Assembly (NCBI GenBank): GCA_963663165.1
Contig: OY760175.1
Location: 608,001-672,000, forward strand
Origin: an uncultured Desulfospira sp.
GTDB lineage: Bacteria > Desulfobacterota > Desulfobacteria > Desulfobacterales > Desulfobacteraceae
Direction of reading: 5' to 3'
DNA length: 64,000 nt
Every line of letters starts with the position of its first letter. Position 1 is the stretch's first letter. The notes under the pieces are model-generated. The model had not been told where the DNA came from. It ran no database searches and saw only the letters and a list, made by a program, of their open reading frames with translations. This document shows, in pieces, positions 49,654 through 57,928 of this stretch. The position numbers and the translations under genes are program-made.

Positions 49654-50562
49654 ATGTTTATGTTTGCCAGACGCCACCCGCTTTTATTTTTCTTCATGGT
49701 TATTGCCCTTTGCATGAGCCTTGGGTTTGTAGCATTTGCCGGGCTGATCGTTGCAGGCACCACAATGATGAACAAGGGGATGTCCGGAAAGTATTCAGCC
49801 CCTGCCGGAAATATAGGCATTGTTGAAATTACCGGCCCCATTATCTCATCTAAACGAATCATAGAAGATATTGTCCAGTTTCGAAAGGATGAGCAGATCC
49901 AGGCCATCATCCTTCGCATTGACAGCCCCGGCGGCGGTGTCGCCGCTTCCCAGGAAATATACCGGGAATTGATCAAAACCCGGGAAAGCAAAAAAATCAT
50001 TGCATCCATGGGGGCTGTGGCCGCCTCAGGCGGATACTATATTGCTGCCGCAGCCCAGGGCATCATGGCGAATCCGGGAACCATAACGGGCAGCATCGGC
50101 GTCATTATGGAATATGCCAATTTAATGGAAATTGCCAAGAAAATCGGCATATCCCCCATTGTTATCAAAAGCGGGGAATTCAAGGATATGGGATCGCCCT
50201 TGCGAGAACTCAAAGAGAACGAGAAAAAACTGTTTCAGGCCCTGGTGGACGAGCTTCACCTTCAGTTTATCAAAGATGCGGCAAGCGCCCGGAATATGAA
50301 AGAAGAGGAGATGGCCAAACTGGCCGACGGCAGGGTTTACAGCGGCCAGACCGCCATGGAACTCAACCTTGTGGATCGTTTGGGGAATCTGGACGACGCG
50401 GTTCAGTGGGCCGGTGAAATGGCCATGATCCAGGAGGAACTCAAGCCAGTTTATCCCAAAGAAGACCAGCTGGGTTTATTCAAAAAACTGGCTAAAAATT
50501 TACTCAAAGATTTCAATATCTCCGGCACCTTGTCGGATAATTTCGGGTTCGTCATCAATTAG
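49654..50562 (+). CDS. sppA: Signal peptide peptidase SppA (S49)
   Basis: RIDSPGG, AASGGYY, TGSIGV, KSGEFKD and ADGRVY motifs. Confidence 0.94.
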   Translation: MFMFARRHPLLFFFMVIALCMSLGFVAFAGLIVAGTTMMNKGMSGKYSAPAGNIGIVEITGPIISSKRIIEDIVQFRKDEQIQAIILRIDSPGGGVAASQEIYRELIKTRESKKIIASMGAVAASGGYYIAAAAQGIMANPGTITGSIGVIMEYANLMEIAKKIGISPIVIKSGEFKDMGSPLRELKENEKKLFQALVDELHLQFIKDAASARNMKEEEMAKLADGRVYSGQTAMELNLVDRLGNLDDAVQWAGEMAMIQEELKPVYPKEDQLGLFKKLAKNLLKDFNISGTLSDNFGFVIN

Positions 50563-51108
50563 TGAGACCACAGAAGACGGCTGATCCGGAACCGGGCCGC
50601 CGTCGATAACCATATCCAGACGGCTGCCGAAATAATCGTCGATCAGAGAGGCATCCTGGAACACCCGGCCTTCAGGATCCGTGGCGCTGGTGGAGATAAT
50701 CGGGTTCCCCAAAAGGTTGGTCAGGGCGATGGCAATGGCATGATCCGGAACCCTTATACCAGCGGTTTTCCGCTTCGTGAGCATGATCTTCGGCACCATT
50801 TTAGACCCGGGCAGAATAAAGGTATAGGGGCCCGGCAGCATTCTTTTCATGGTCCGGTAGGCCGCATTGGACACCTTGGCGTATTTGGCAATATCTTTGA
50901 GGTCCGGGCAGATAAAACTAAAGGGCTTGTTTTTATTGCGCTGTTTAAGGGCATAAATTTTTTCAATGGCTTTTTTATCCATGATATTACAGCCAATACC
51001 GTAAAAGGTATCGGTCGGGTAGGCCAAAACCCCGCCCTTTTTCAGGATATCAACAGCCTGCGAAATCAACCGTTCCTGAGGATTATATGGATTAATCAGC
51101 AGCAGCAT
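50500..51108 (-). CDS. Sua5/YciO/YrdC family protein, YciO-like subfamily
   Basis: INPYNPQERLI N-terminus, YPTDT, LPGPYT and GIRVP; STSAT rather than the STSAN of TsaC. Confidence 0.85.
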   Translation of the reverse strand: MLLLINPYNPQERLISQAVDILKKGGVLAYPTDTFYGIGCNIMDKKAIEKIYALKQRNKNKPFSFICPDLKDIAKYAKVSNAAYRTMKRMLPGPYTFILPGSKMVPKIMLTKRKTAGIRVPDHAIAIALTNLLGNPIISTSATDPEGRVFQDASLIDDYFGSRLDMVIDGGPVPDQPSSVVSLIDDEPEIIRQGAGDIEIFE

Positions 51109-51293
51109 CGGATAAGCCCGGTATAAAAAATTAATCGTTCAAACACTAAACAAACTGATATGGGACAATATAAGCAAAGCAGCACGATGTCAATAAAAGG
51201 TTGACAGACCCAAGGCATAAAGGCGGAAGAATGGATTGCAAAATTTCTTTGGCCTAATCACCTAACCACTGTATCGGATAAAAGGGGGCTGAT

Positions 51294-52280
51294 TTGAGAA
51301 GAAAAAAGAGTCGTAAATTCTGGCGGTTGTTTCTTTTTCTGTTTGTAATCTGTATCTTTTTTCAAATTATCCGGGGGGTCTGGCCGGATCAGGAAAGCCA
51401 CGCCCGGACATTGATCCAGGGGCTGGTTAAGAAGGCCTTTCCAGGCCGGATGAGACAAACCTTCAATACCTATGGGATTAAAGAATGCAGCCGCCCTGAA
51501 AAGGCCGTAGCGGCGCCTTTGCCCGTTATTCTGGTTCATGGCCTGGATGAACCCGGCATGATCTGGAGAAATCTTATCCCGGCGTTAACGGAGAAGCATT
51601 ATCTGGTGTATGAATTCCGGTACCCCAATGACCAGGCCATTGAATTGTCATCCGCCTTTTTTGTGGACGAACTGATGAAACTCGATCACACCATTAGCCC
51701 CACGCTTATTGCCCACAGCATGGGCGGCCTGGTCTGCCGGGATATGCTGACCCGGCCGGAACTGTCTTTTGAGAAACTGGCAGCCGGCGGGCATGTCCCC
51801 AAGGTTGAGCGGCTGATCATGCTGGCCACGCCACAGAAAGGGGCCCAGTTGGTCAGGTTCCGGATCTTTCTTGAAATCAGGGACCAGTTCTGCAGAAGAA
51901 AAGATCCTAATTTTCACTGGCTTAATTTTCTGATGGACGGCACCGGGGCGGCCGGTGTTGACCTTACCCCGGGATCTTCTTTTTTACGGGCCCTTGACAG
52001 GCGACCCACAGGCCACACGGTGGATACGCATATTATTGCCGCTAAATTATTGCCTTATGACCTGCCCTTGTGTGACGCCATCGGAGACGGCCTTGTCGCC
52101 TTAGGTTCCACCCGACTTGGCAGCACGCCCCATACCATTGTCCAAGGAACGCATTTGACAATGATCCGGACTTTAAGGCAGTCAGACCAGCGTATCCCGC
52201 CGGCTGTTCCGGTGATCTTAAAAATTCTGGAGCAGGGCAGGGCCGCCCTGGTCCGCACAAAATCAAAACAAGAATTCTGA
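51294..52280 (+). CDS. Alpha/beta hydrolase (esterase/lipase-like)
   Basis: LVHGL, AHSMGG nucleophile elbow, GDGLV, GTH; N-terminal TM. Confidence 0.85.
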   Translation: MRRKKSRKFWRLFLFLFVICIFFQIIRGVWPDQESHARTLIQGLVKKAFPGRMRQTFNTYGIKECSRPEKAVAAPLPVILVHGLDEPGMIWRNLIPALTEKHYLVYEFRYPNDQAIELSSAFFVDELMKLDHTISPTLIAHSMGGLVCRDMLTRPELSFEKLAAGGHVPKVERLIMLATPQKGAQLVRFRIFLEIRDQFCRRKDPNFHWLNFLMDGTGAAGVDLTPGSSFLRALDRRPTGHTVDTHIIAAKLLPYDLPLCDAIGDGLVALGSTRLGSTPHTIVQGTHLTMIRTLRQSDQRIPPAVPVILKILEQGRAALVRTKSKQEF

Positions 52281-52289
52281 TATTTGCCC

Positions 52290-52625
52290 CTATTTTTGAT
52301 GGCATCCGTTACAACTGACCGGCCCAAACACCTTACCGGCGGATTGCTGTTCCCTGTGACACTTGATGCAGGTCTGGTTCATCACCTGTTTGGCTTTGAG
52401 TTTTCCTTTGGCAATTTCACCGGCAATGGCCCCGGGTTTCTGGGGAAAATTCAAATGGCAGACATTGCAATCGGTTAAGGCATCCTGATGGGCCTTATGG
52501 GGAAAGGTAATATTCCCTTTTTTCCCACCGGAAAGATTAATTACTTCGCTGCCCTTATTTAACGCAAACGCCGTAATGGATAAAAACAACAAGGTAAGAA
52601 AGCATAAGATAATTTGTTTTACCAT
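52290..52625 (-). CDS. Periplasmic triheme class III cytochrome c (c7-like)
   Basis: Signal peptide, FPHKAH, and three CXXCH motifs (CNVCH, CIKCH, CNGCH). Confidence 0.9.
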   Translation of the reverse strand: MVKQIILCFLTLLFLSITAFALNKGSEVINLSGGKKGNITFPHKAHQDALTDCNVCHLNFPQKPGAIAGEIAKGKLKAKQVMNQTCIKCHREQQSAGKVFGPVSCNGCHQK

Positions 52626-52706
52626 GGTTTAATCTCCTGATCTGGGTTAGGCTGGAACTTGGGTTAAATCTGGAATTTAGAATAACAGCATTTTTATGAT
52701 TAGAAA

Positions 52707-54095
52707 ATGAAATTTATACTTGGCAGCAAACTGGTTCTCAAAGACCTGGCCCCTGACGATCATGAGCAGATTAAGCAAAACCTGACCATGGCCAACCCTA
52801 AATTTTATGAAGCCCAGAAAATGGGGCGGTACACCAAGGGCATCCCGAGCCGGCTGACCTTTTACCAACAGGATAACCACGATTTGGTCTGCCCAAGGGG
52901 CGCCGGTACAGGCATTTATCGGTTTTTAAAAACCCGGGGCGCTGATATTGAATATACGGATGAACGCCGCTCTTTTCCCAGCCTTGATTTTAAATTTTGC
53001 GGCCAATTGCGGCCGCTTCAGGTGGCGGCGGTGAATTCCATTATTAAAAGGGATTTTGGACTGCTTGAGGCCGGGACCGGGGCCGGAAAAACCGTCATGG
53101 CCCTTTACATTATTGCCCAACGCCGGCAGCCGGCCCTGGTGGTGGTCCATACAAAAGAACTGCTTTCCCAGTGGTGTGAAAGAATAGAACAGTATCTTTC
53201 AATTGCCAAAGAAGACGTAGGTCAGATTGGGGCCGGAAAATTTAACATTGGTGAACACATCACCATCGCCATGGTCCAGACCCTGTACAAAAAAAAGCAA
53301 GCCGTTGTCCCCCATATCGGCCACCTGATTGTGGACGAATGCCACCGGTGTCCGAGCCGGACCTTCACCGAGGCGGTCACGGCCTTTGACTGCAAATATA
53401 TGCTCGGCCTTACCGCAACGCCATGGCGAAGGGATAAGTTGTCCCAGGTTATTTTCTGGCACATCGGAGAAGTCACCGGCCGGATCGAAAAAACCGATCT
53501 GGTTGAAACCGGCAATCTTTGTGAGGCCGATGTGCAATGGGTGCAAACCCGGTTTCATACCCTGCTGGATGCCGGGGAATACTATTCCACCGTGCTGTCT
53601 GAACTGACCAAAGACCCTCTCCGAAATGAGCTGATCTGCCGGACCATAGCTGAAAATAAGGATTCCGACGGCATCAGCCTGATTATTTCCGACAGAAAAG
53701 ACCATTGCGCCCTGATTCAGGAGATGTTGTCCCAAACGTATGGGATTGATGCCGCCGTTCTGACAGGATCGGTATCCTGGAAGAACCGGGAACAGATCGT
53801 TTCCAATCTTCATGGCGGGGCATGCCGGTATTTAATTGCCACAGGGCAGCTGGTGGGGGAGGGCTTTGACCTTCCGGAGATTTCCATGGTATTCCTGGCC
53901 ACCCCGGTCAAATTTTCAGGACGGCTGATCCAGTATATCGGACGGGCCCTTCGTCCGGCTCCCGGGAAAAAAAGGGCCGTGATATTTGACTTTGTGGATG
54001 GATTGAATCCGGTGTTTCTGGCCTCTGCCAGAACCCGGCATGACACTTACCTTGGCCAGGGGATTCATGCCTCTTTGATTGAACCGCCTTTGTAA
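52707..54095 (+). CDS. SF2 DEAD/DEAH helicase (XPB/SSL2/ResIII-like)
   Basis: GTGAGKT, DECH, LTATP, EGFDLP and QYIGRALR motifs. Confidence 0.9.
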   Translation: MKFILGSKLVLKDLAPDDHEQIKQNLTMANPKFYEAQKMGRYTKGIPSRLTFYQQDNHDLVCPRGAGTGIYRFLKTRGADIEYTDERRSFPSLDFKFCGQLRPLQVAAVNSIIKRDFGLLEAGTGAGKTVMALYIIAQRRQPALVVVHTKELLSQWCERIEQYLSIAKEDVGQIGAGKFNIGEHITIAMVQTLYKKKQAVVPHIGHLIVDECHRCPSRTFTEAVTAFDCKYMLGLTATPWRRDKLSQVIFWHIGEVTGRIEKTDLVETGNLCEADVQWVQTRFHTLLDAGEYYSTVLSELTKDPLRNELICRTIAENKDSDGISLIISDRKDHCALIQEMLSQTYGIDAAVLTGSVSWKNREQIVSNLHGGACRYLIATGQLVGEGFDLPEISMVFLATPVKFSGRLIQYIGRALRPAPGKKRAVIFDFVDGLNPVFLASARTRHDTYLGQGIHASLIEPPL

Positions 54096-54952
54096 ACTTG
54101 AGAGATCAGAATCCCGGCAAGAATGAATCCACAGCCGATAATCCCTCTTCCTGACAGCAGTTCCCCTAAAATCAGCCACCCGCCTAAGGCGGCAAACACC
54201 GATTCAAGGCTTAAGATAATAGCTGCATGGGACGCCAAAGTTCTCTTTTGGGCATATACTTGAAGGGAATAGGCCACGCCCACGGACATGACCCCACCGT
54301 AAAGAAGCGGAATTCCGGCCGCCGCAATCTCTTCGGGTCCGGCCGTTTCCGTAAAGGCCGCCGCCATAAAACTTAAGATGGCACAGACCATAAACTGGGC
54401 AAAGCAAAGGTTAAGTGAGGAAAAGCGCCTGGTATACCGACCCACCACCAGCAGATGGCCGGCAAACCCAAAAGCGCACAACAGCACCAGGATATCCCCG
54501 AATTCCATGGTTAAATTTTGGGTCACGCTGAGCAAAAACATGCCAATAACAGCCAGGAAAGCGCCGATCCAGGCCCCTGGCGTGGTTTTTTCCTGCTTAA
54601 AAAACATGTTTAAAAAGGGCACCAGAATTACATAAAGGCCTGTGATAAACCCGGCCTTGCCAGCCGTGGTATAGACAATTCCCACCTGCTGCAAAGAGGC
54701 CCCAGCAAATAAAAAAAAGCCGCAGACAAGGCCGGCCTTGACAAGGCCTTTCAGGCTGTCCCCGGTATGGTCAGGATGACGGCCCAGAATCATTAACGGA
54801 ATAAGGCTTGCGCATCCCAAAGAAAACCGAAGGGCATTAAATGTAAACGGGCCCAGATGTTCCATGCCAAGCCGCTGTGCCACAAAGGCCAATCCCCAGA
54901 TGGCGGCCGTCAGCACCAGCAGGGCATCGGATTTAAAGGTGTCAGCTTTCAT
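54065..54952 (-). CDS. DMT/EamA family transporter
   Basis: IWGLAFVAQ, KAGFITGLYV and SLESVFA; about 10 TMs; start placed at MKADT. Confidence 0.9.
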   Translation of the reverse strand: MKADTFKSDALLVLTAAIWGLAFVAQRLGMEHLGPFTFNALRFSLGCASLIPLMILGRHPDHTGDSLKGLVKAGLVCGFFLFAGASLQQVGIVYTTAGKAGFITGLYVILVPFLNMFFKQEKTTPGAWIGAFLAVIGMFLLSVTQNLTMEFGDILVLLCAFGFAGHLLVVGRYTRRFSSLNLCFAQFMVCAILSFMAAAFTETAGPEEIAAAGIPLLYGGVMSVGVAYSLQVYAQKRTLASHAAIILSLESVFAALGGWLILGELLSGRGIIGCGFILAGILISQVYKGGSIKEA

Positions 54953-55250
54953 GGAAGGTGATTTCAATTTCCTCGGAGCCCGGTTTCTGGCTAAGTTCAT
55001 ACTGCCCGGTTCTGGTAATGGAAAATTGCCTTTGAAAAGCAGCGCCGGTCAATTGTTTTTCCAGTTGTTCAACCGTCCCGGCTTCACAATCAATATTAAA
55101 AAACAATTTTAGATTCTTGGGATTTTCATCATCAAACTGAATTAGAAAAGGGTTATGCTCAATAAAGATAAGGTCATCATAGGTGTATGTGATGGTTAAT
55201 CCAGTGGCCTCAATGATCTCTTTGGCCACGCCCAATGGTCTTAATTTCAT
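54942..55250 (-). CDS. Conserved hypothetical protein
   Basis: 102-aa ORF overlapping the DMT start; ITYTYDDLIFIEHNPFLIQF. Confidence 0.7.
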   Translation of the reverse strand: MKLRPLGVAKEIIEATGLTITYTYDDLIFIEHNPFLIQFDDENPKNLKLFFNIDCEAGTVEQLEKQLTGAAFQRQFSITRTGQYELSQKPGSEEIEITFHES

Positions 55251-55275
55251 GTTATAATACCCCGTTATGTAAGCA

Positions 55276-55317
55276 AAAAGGCTTTAAGCGGTATGCATCT
55301 TCCGCTTAAAGCCTTTT
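55276..55317 (-). terminator. Rho-independent terminator after tRNA-Phe
   Basis: AAAAGGCTTTAAGCGG / CCGCTTAAAGCCTTTT, 16-bp inverted repeat. Confidence 0.85.
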
Positions 55318-55324
55318 AAATTCG

Positions 55325-55400
55325 TGGTGCCCAGGAACAGAATTGAACTGCTGACACGGGGATTTTCAGTCCCCTGCTCTACCGACTGAGCTACCTGGGC
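55325..55400 (-). tRNA. tRNA-Phe (GAA)
   Basis: GCCCAGG/CCTGGGC acceptor stem, AGCTCAGTCGGTAGAGC D arm, CTGAAAA anticodon loop, CCA end, 76 nt. Confidence 0.97.
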
Positions 55401-55415
55401 TCAAACAACAGGGGG

Positions 55416-55444
55416 TTTATATGTCTTTTGGAAAAAGATGTCAA
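55416..55444 (-). promoter_or_regulatory. sigma70 promoter of tRNA-Phe
   Basis: TTGACA-N17-TATAAA. Confidence 0.75.
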
Positions 55445-55577
55445 GTGAAAAATTAAGACTATGTTAGCTTTGATCCGTCTTGGGCTTGCTCCGGGGAATT
55501 CGATCAGGCGCAAGATTAAGCCAAGAGAAGGAAAAATCAATTTCTTCAGACGTGAAGACCCTTCAGCCTATACCCAA

Positions 55578-56318
55578 TTACATATCCCCAAAAAGGTGCT
55601 GAATAAGGGTGCAGGCACTGATAGCCGCGGTTTCAGCCCTGAGAATTCTCGGGCCAAGGCGGCATGACACAAAGCCATGGGCCTTTGCCTCAACTATTTC
55701 CCGGGGTGTAAAACCGCCTTCAGGGCCAATGAGGATGACCACCCGGCTGTCAGGCCGGGCAGGGCCAAAGGACGCCGGGTCAAGGGGGGTGTCCGAGGCT
55801 TCCCAGAAGGCGATTTTTATGTCATGGGAAGCAGATTGTTCCAGAACCTGGTTAAAGGCCAATGGCTTTTTAACTTCCGGCAGCCGGCTTCTTTGGCATT
55901 GTTTGATGGATTCCGCTGCAATGGCCTGCCACCGGTCCAGCCGTCTGGTTAAGGCATTGGCATCGGGCAGCGGGACAGACCGGGTGCAAAAAAAGGGAAT
56001 CCATTGGTGAACCCCAAGCTGGGTCAGATGTTTAATGATCAGGTCCATGTTCTGGTGTTTGAGCATGGCTGAACAGACCGTTAGCTTGAGAGGGGATTCA
56101 CTGATAGATTCCTGTGAGGTCAAAATTTCAATGTTTACTTCTTTAGGGGAGGATTCAAGGATTCTGCCGGTATAATCCATTCCATGGCCATTGGTCAGGG
56201 CAACCGTATCACCGGTTTTCAGGCGCAGAATTTTTGCCATATGTCTGGCATCCTGACCGGTAATGATAACACAATTATCTTGAATCGGGTCATCAGGACC
56301 AATGAGAAACTTAGGCAT
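55578..56318 (-). CDS. rsmE: 16S rRNA m3U1498 methyltransferase RsmE
   Basis: HMAKILRL, IGPEGGF and LGPRILRAETA motifs. Confidence 0.95.
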   Translation of the reverse strand: MPKFLIGPDDPIQDNCVIITGQDARHMAKILRLKTGDTVALTNGHGMDYTGRILESSPKEVNIEILTSQESISESPLKLTVCSAMLKHQNMDLIIKHLTQLGVHQWIPFFCTRSVPLPDANALTRRLDRWQAIAAESIKQCQRSRLPEVKKPLAFNQVLEQSASHDIKIAFWEASDTPLDPASFGPARPDSRVVILIGPEGGFTPREIVEAKAHGFVSCRLGPRILRAETAAISACTLIQHLFGDM

Positions 56319-57510
56319 GGCAATCCAGGGCCAGTAAAAATTTTTCTATGAAAAATTGAATCTGGGTTTCGGTCAGGGCTGGAAACAAAGGAAGGCTCAA
56401 ACATCTTGAGTAATAGGTGTCGGCGTTAGGGCATTTTCCTTCTTGAAATCCATATTTTTGCGAGTAATACGGCTGGCGGTAAATGGGAATATAATGAACC
56501 TGGCAGAAAACTTCCTGATCAATGAGAAACTGGTGGATTTTTTTACGAACCGTTCCGCCCTTTGCAAACTGGACCGGATAAAGATGGGGACAGGCCGTTT
56601 TTTCAAGGTTGCTGTGGGGCAGAATCAGGCGGTCATCACCTGAAAATGTCCGGTTGTAACGGCGGACAATTTGCTGTCTTTTTTCCTTGAATTCCTTTAA
56701 CCGGCCAAGCTGGGAGATGCCAAGGGCGCATTGAATTTCGGTGATGCGGTAATTCAGGCTCAATTGCTGCATTTCATGGTACCATGGCCCGACCTTTGAG
56801 ATAAACTCAAGCGTTTTCACAATACCGTGATTGCGAAGGGACCGCAGACGGGCGGCCAGGTTTTTGTCATTGGTCAGGACAGCCCCCCCTTCACCGGTGG
56901 TGATGGTTTTCACCGGATGAAAGGAAAAAATCGCTAAATCAGTGTGGGTGCAGGAGCCACACGCATAAAAATGACCATTGAATTCGTATTCGGACCCGAT
57001 GGAATGAGCGGCATCTTCAATAATGGCAAACCCATATTGATCCGCCAGGGCCCGGATGGCCGGAAGATCCGCCGGCAGTCCGGCAAAATCCACCGGAATG
57101 ACCACCTTTGGGGGGGGGTGATGCCGGCAGTATTGATCAAGTTTTTCAGGACAAAGGCAAAGGCTGACAGGATCAATATCGATAAAATCAGCCTGTCCGC
57201 CGCACAACTCGATACAGTTGGCAGACGCCATAAAAGAGTTGGGAGTGGTCAGCCCCATGTCCCCTGGACCAACCTCTAGTGCCATGCAGGCCAGGTGCAG
57301 GGCAGCGGTTCCGTTGGTACAGACCACCGCGTATTTTGCACCGGTCAAATCGCAAAGCCCGTCCTCAAACTGTTCGGCAACAGGTCCCGTGGTTAAAAAG
57401 GGAGCCTCAAGGGTTTGAATCACAGCCTGAATATCTTTTTGGCTGACCCACTGGCGTCCGTAAGGGATGGCCTTGCTTTCCCAGCTTTCTGTTGGCTGTT
57501 TATCCCCCAT
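56311..57510 (-). CDS. pseC: DegT-family sugar aminotransferase, PseC-like
   Basis: IPYGRQ, NGTAALH, EDAAHSIG and FSFHPVKTITTGEGG motifs. Confidence 0.85.
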   Translation of the reverse strand: MGDKQPTESWESKAIPYGRQWVSQKDIQAVIQTLEAPFLTTGPVAEQFEDGLCDLTGAKYAVVCTNGTAALHLACMALEVGPGDMGLTTPNSFMASANCIELCGGQADFIDIDPVSLCLCPEKLDQYCRHHPPPKVVIPVDFAGLPADLPAIRALADQYGFAIIEDAAHSIGSEYEFNGHFYACGSCTHTDLAIFSFHPVKTITTGEGGAVLTNDKNLAARLRSLRNHGIVKTLEFISKVGPWYHEMQQLSLNYRITEIQCALGISQLGRLKEFKEKRQQIVRRYNRTFSGDDRLILPHSNLEKTACPHLYPVQFAKGGTVRKKIHQFLIDQEVFCQVHYIPIYRQPYYSQKYGFQEGKCPNADTYYSRCLSLPLFPALTETQIQFFIEKFLLALDCHA

Positions 57511-57664
57511 GAATGGAGAATACGCGAAGGCGGCGAGAAATTCAATACAGTCTATAATAAATTACAGGGCCCCCGCACCGCATTGTAAAAAAACCTTGAC
57601 AGGATTGAAAAGGAGCTGTAGGAGTAACACCATAATATTGAGAAAATCTTTAATGAGACACCAG

Positions 57665-57742
57665 ATGAATACACCGGCAGCACAGTTTATATTTAGTTTT
57701 GAACGTTTCTTCTTCTTTTTTAGGAGCGTTCATCCGGTGTAG
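57665..57742 (+). CDS. Phe-rich attenuator leader peptide (PheL-like), MNTPAAQFIFSFERFFFFFRSVHPV
   Basis: 8 Phe codons in 25, five consecutive; alternative ATG at 57653; directly before terminator hairpins and a Phe-biosynthesis gene. Confidence 0.85.
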   Translation: MNTPAAQFIFSFERFFFFFRSVHPV

Positions 57743-57766
57743 CTTACATTAAAAAATAAACTTTGT

Positions 57767-57843
57767 AAGGCCCCGGGTGGACATGAGCCACCCGGGGCCT
57801 TTTTGCTTTCAGGCCCCGGAGGAAAACTTCCGGGGCTTTTTTT
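57767..57843 (+). terminator. Tandem attenuator terminator hairpins
   Basis: AAGGCCCCGGGTGG/CCACCCGGGGCCTT plus T tract (57767-57804), and GCCCCGGAG/TTCCGGGGC plus T7 (57813-57843). Confidence 0.88.
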
Positions 57844-57866
57844 ATTTAAAAAGCAATTGGCCGTTC

Positions 57867-57915
57867 GCCAACAGCTATCCGCTAAAGGCTAATGGCTAAC
57901 CGCTAAAAGCTAATG
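57867..57915 (+). repeat. GCTAANN heptamer array (7 units) directly before the RBS
   Basis: GCCAACA GCTATCC GCTAAAG GCTAATG GCTAACC GCTAAAA GCTAATG then AAAAGGAG. Confidence 0.88.
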
Positions 57916-57928
57916 AAAAGGAGCCCAC

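Noticed and set aside
50500..51108. Calling this gene tsaC/sua5
   Set aside because: The N-terminus and STSAT motif fit the YciO-like paralog group better, so t6A synthesis activity is not assumed.
57467..57652. 91-aa ORF 57467-57742 as a full protein
   Set aside because: Its 5' part overlaps pseC on the opposite strand and the promoter region; only the Phe-rich 3' end fits a leader peptide.
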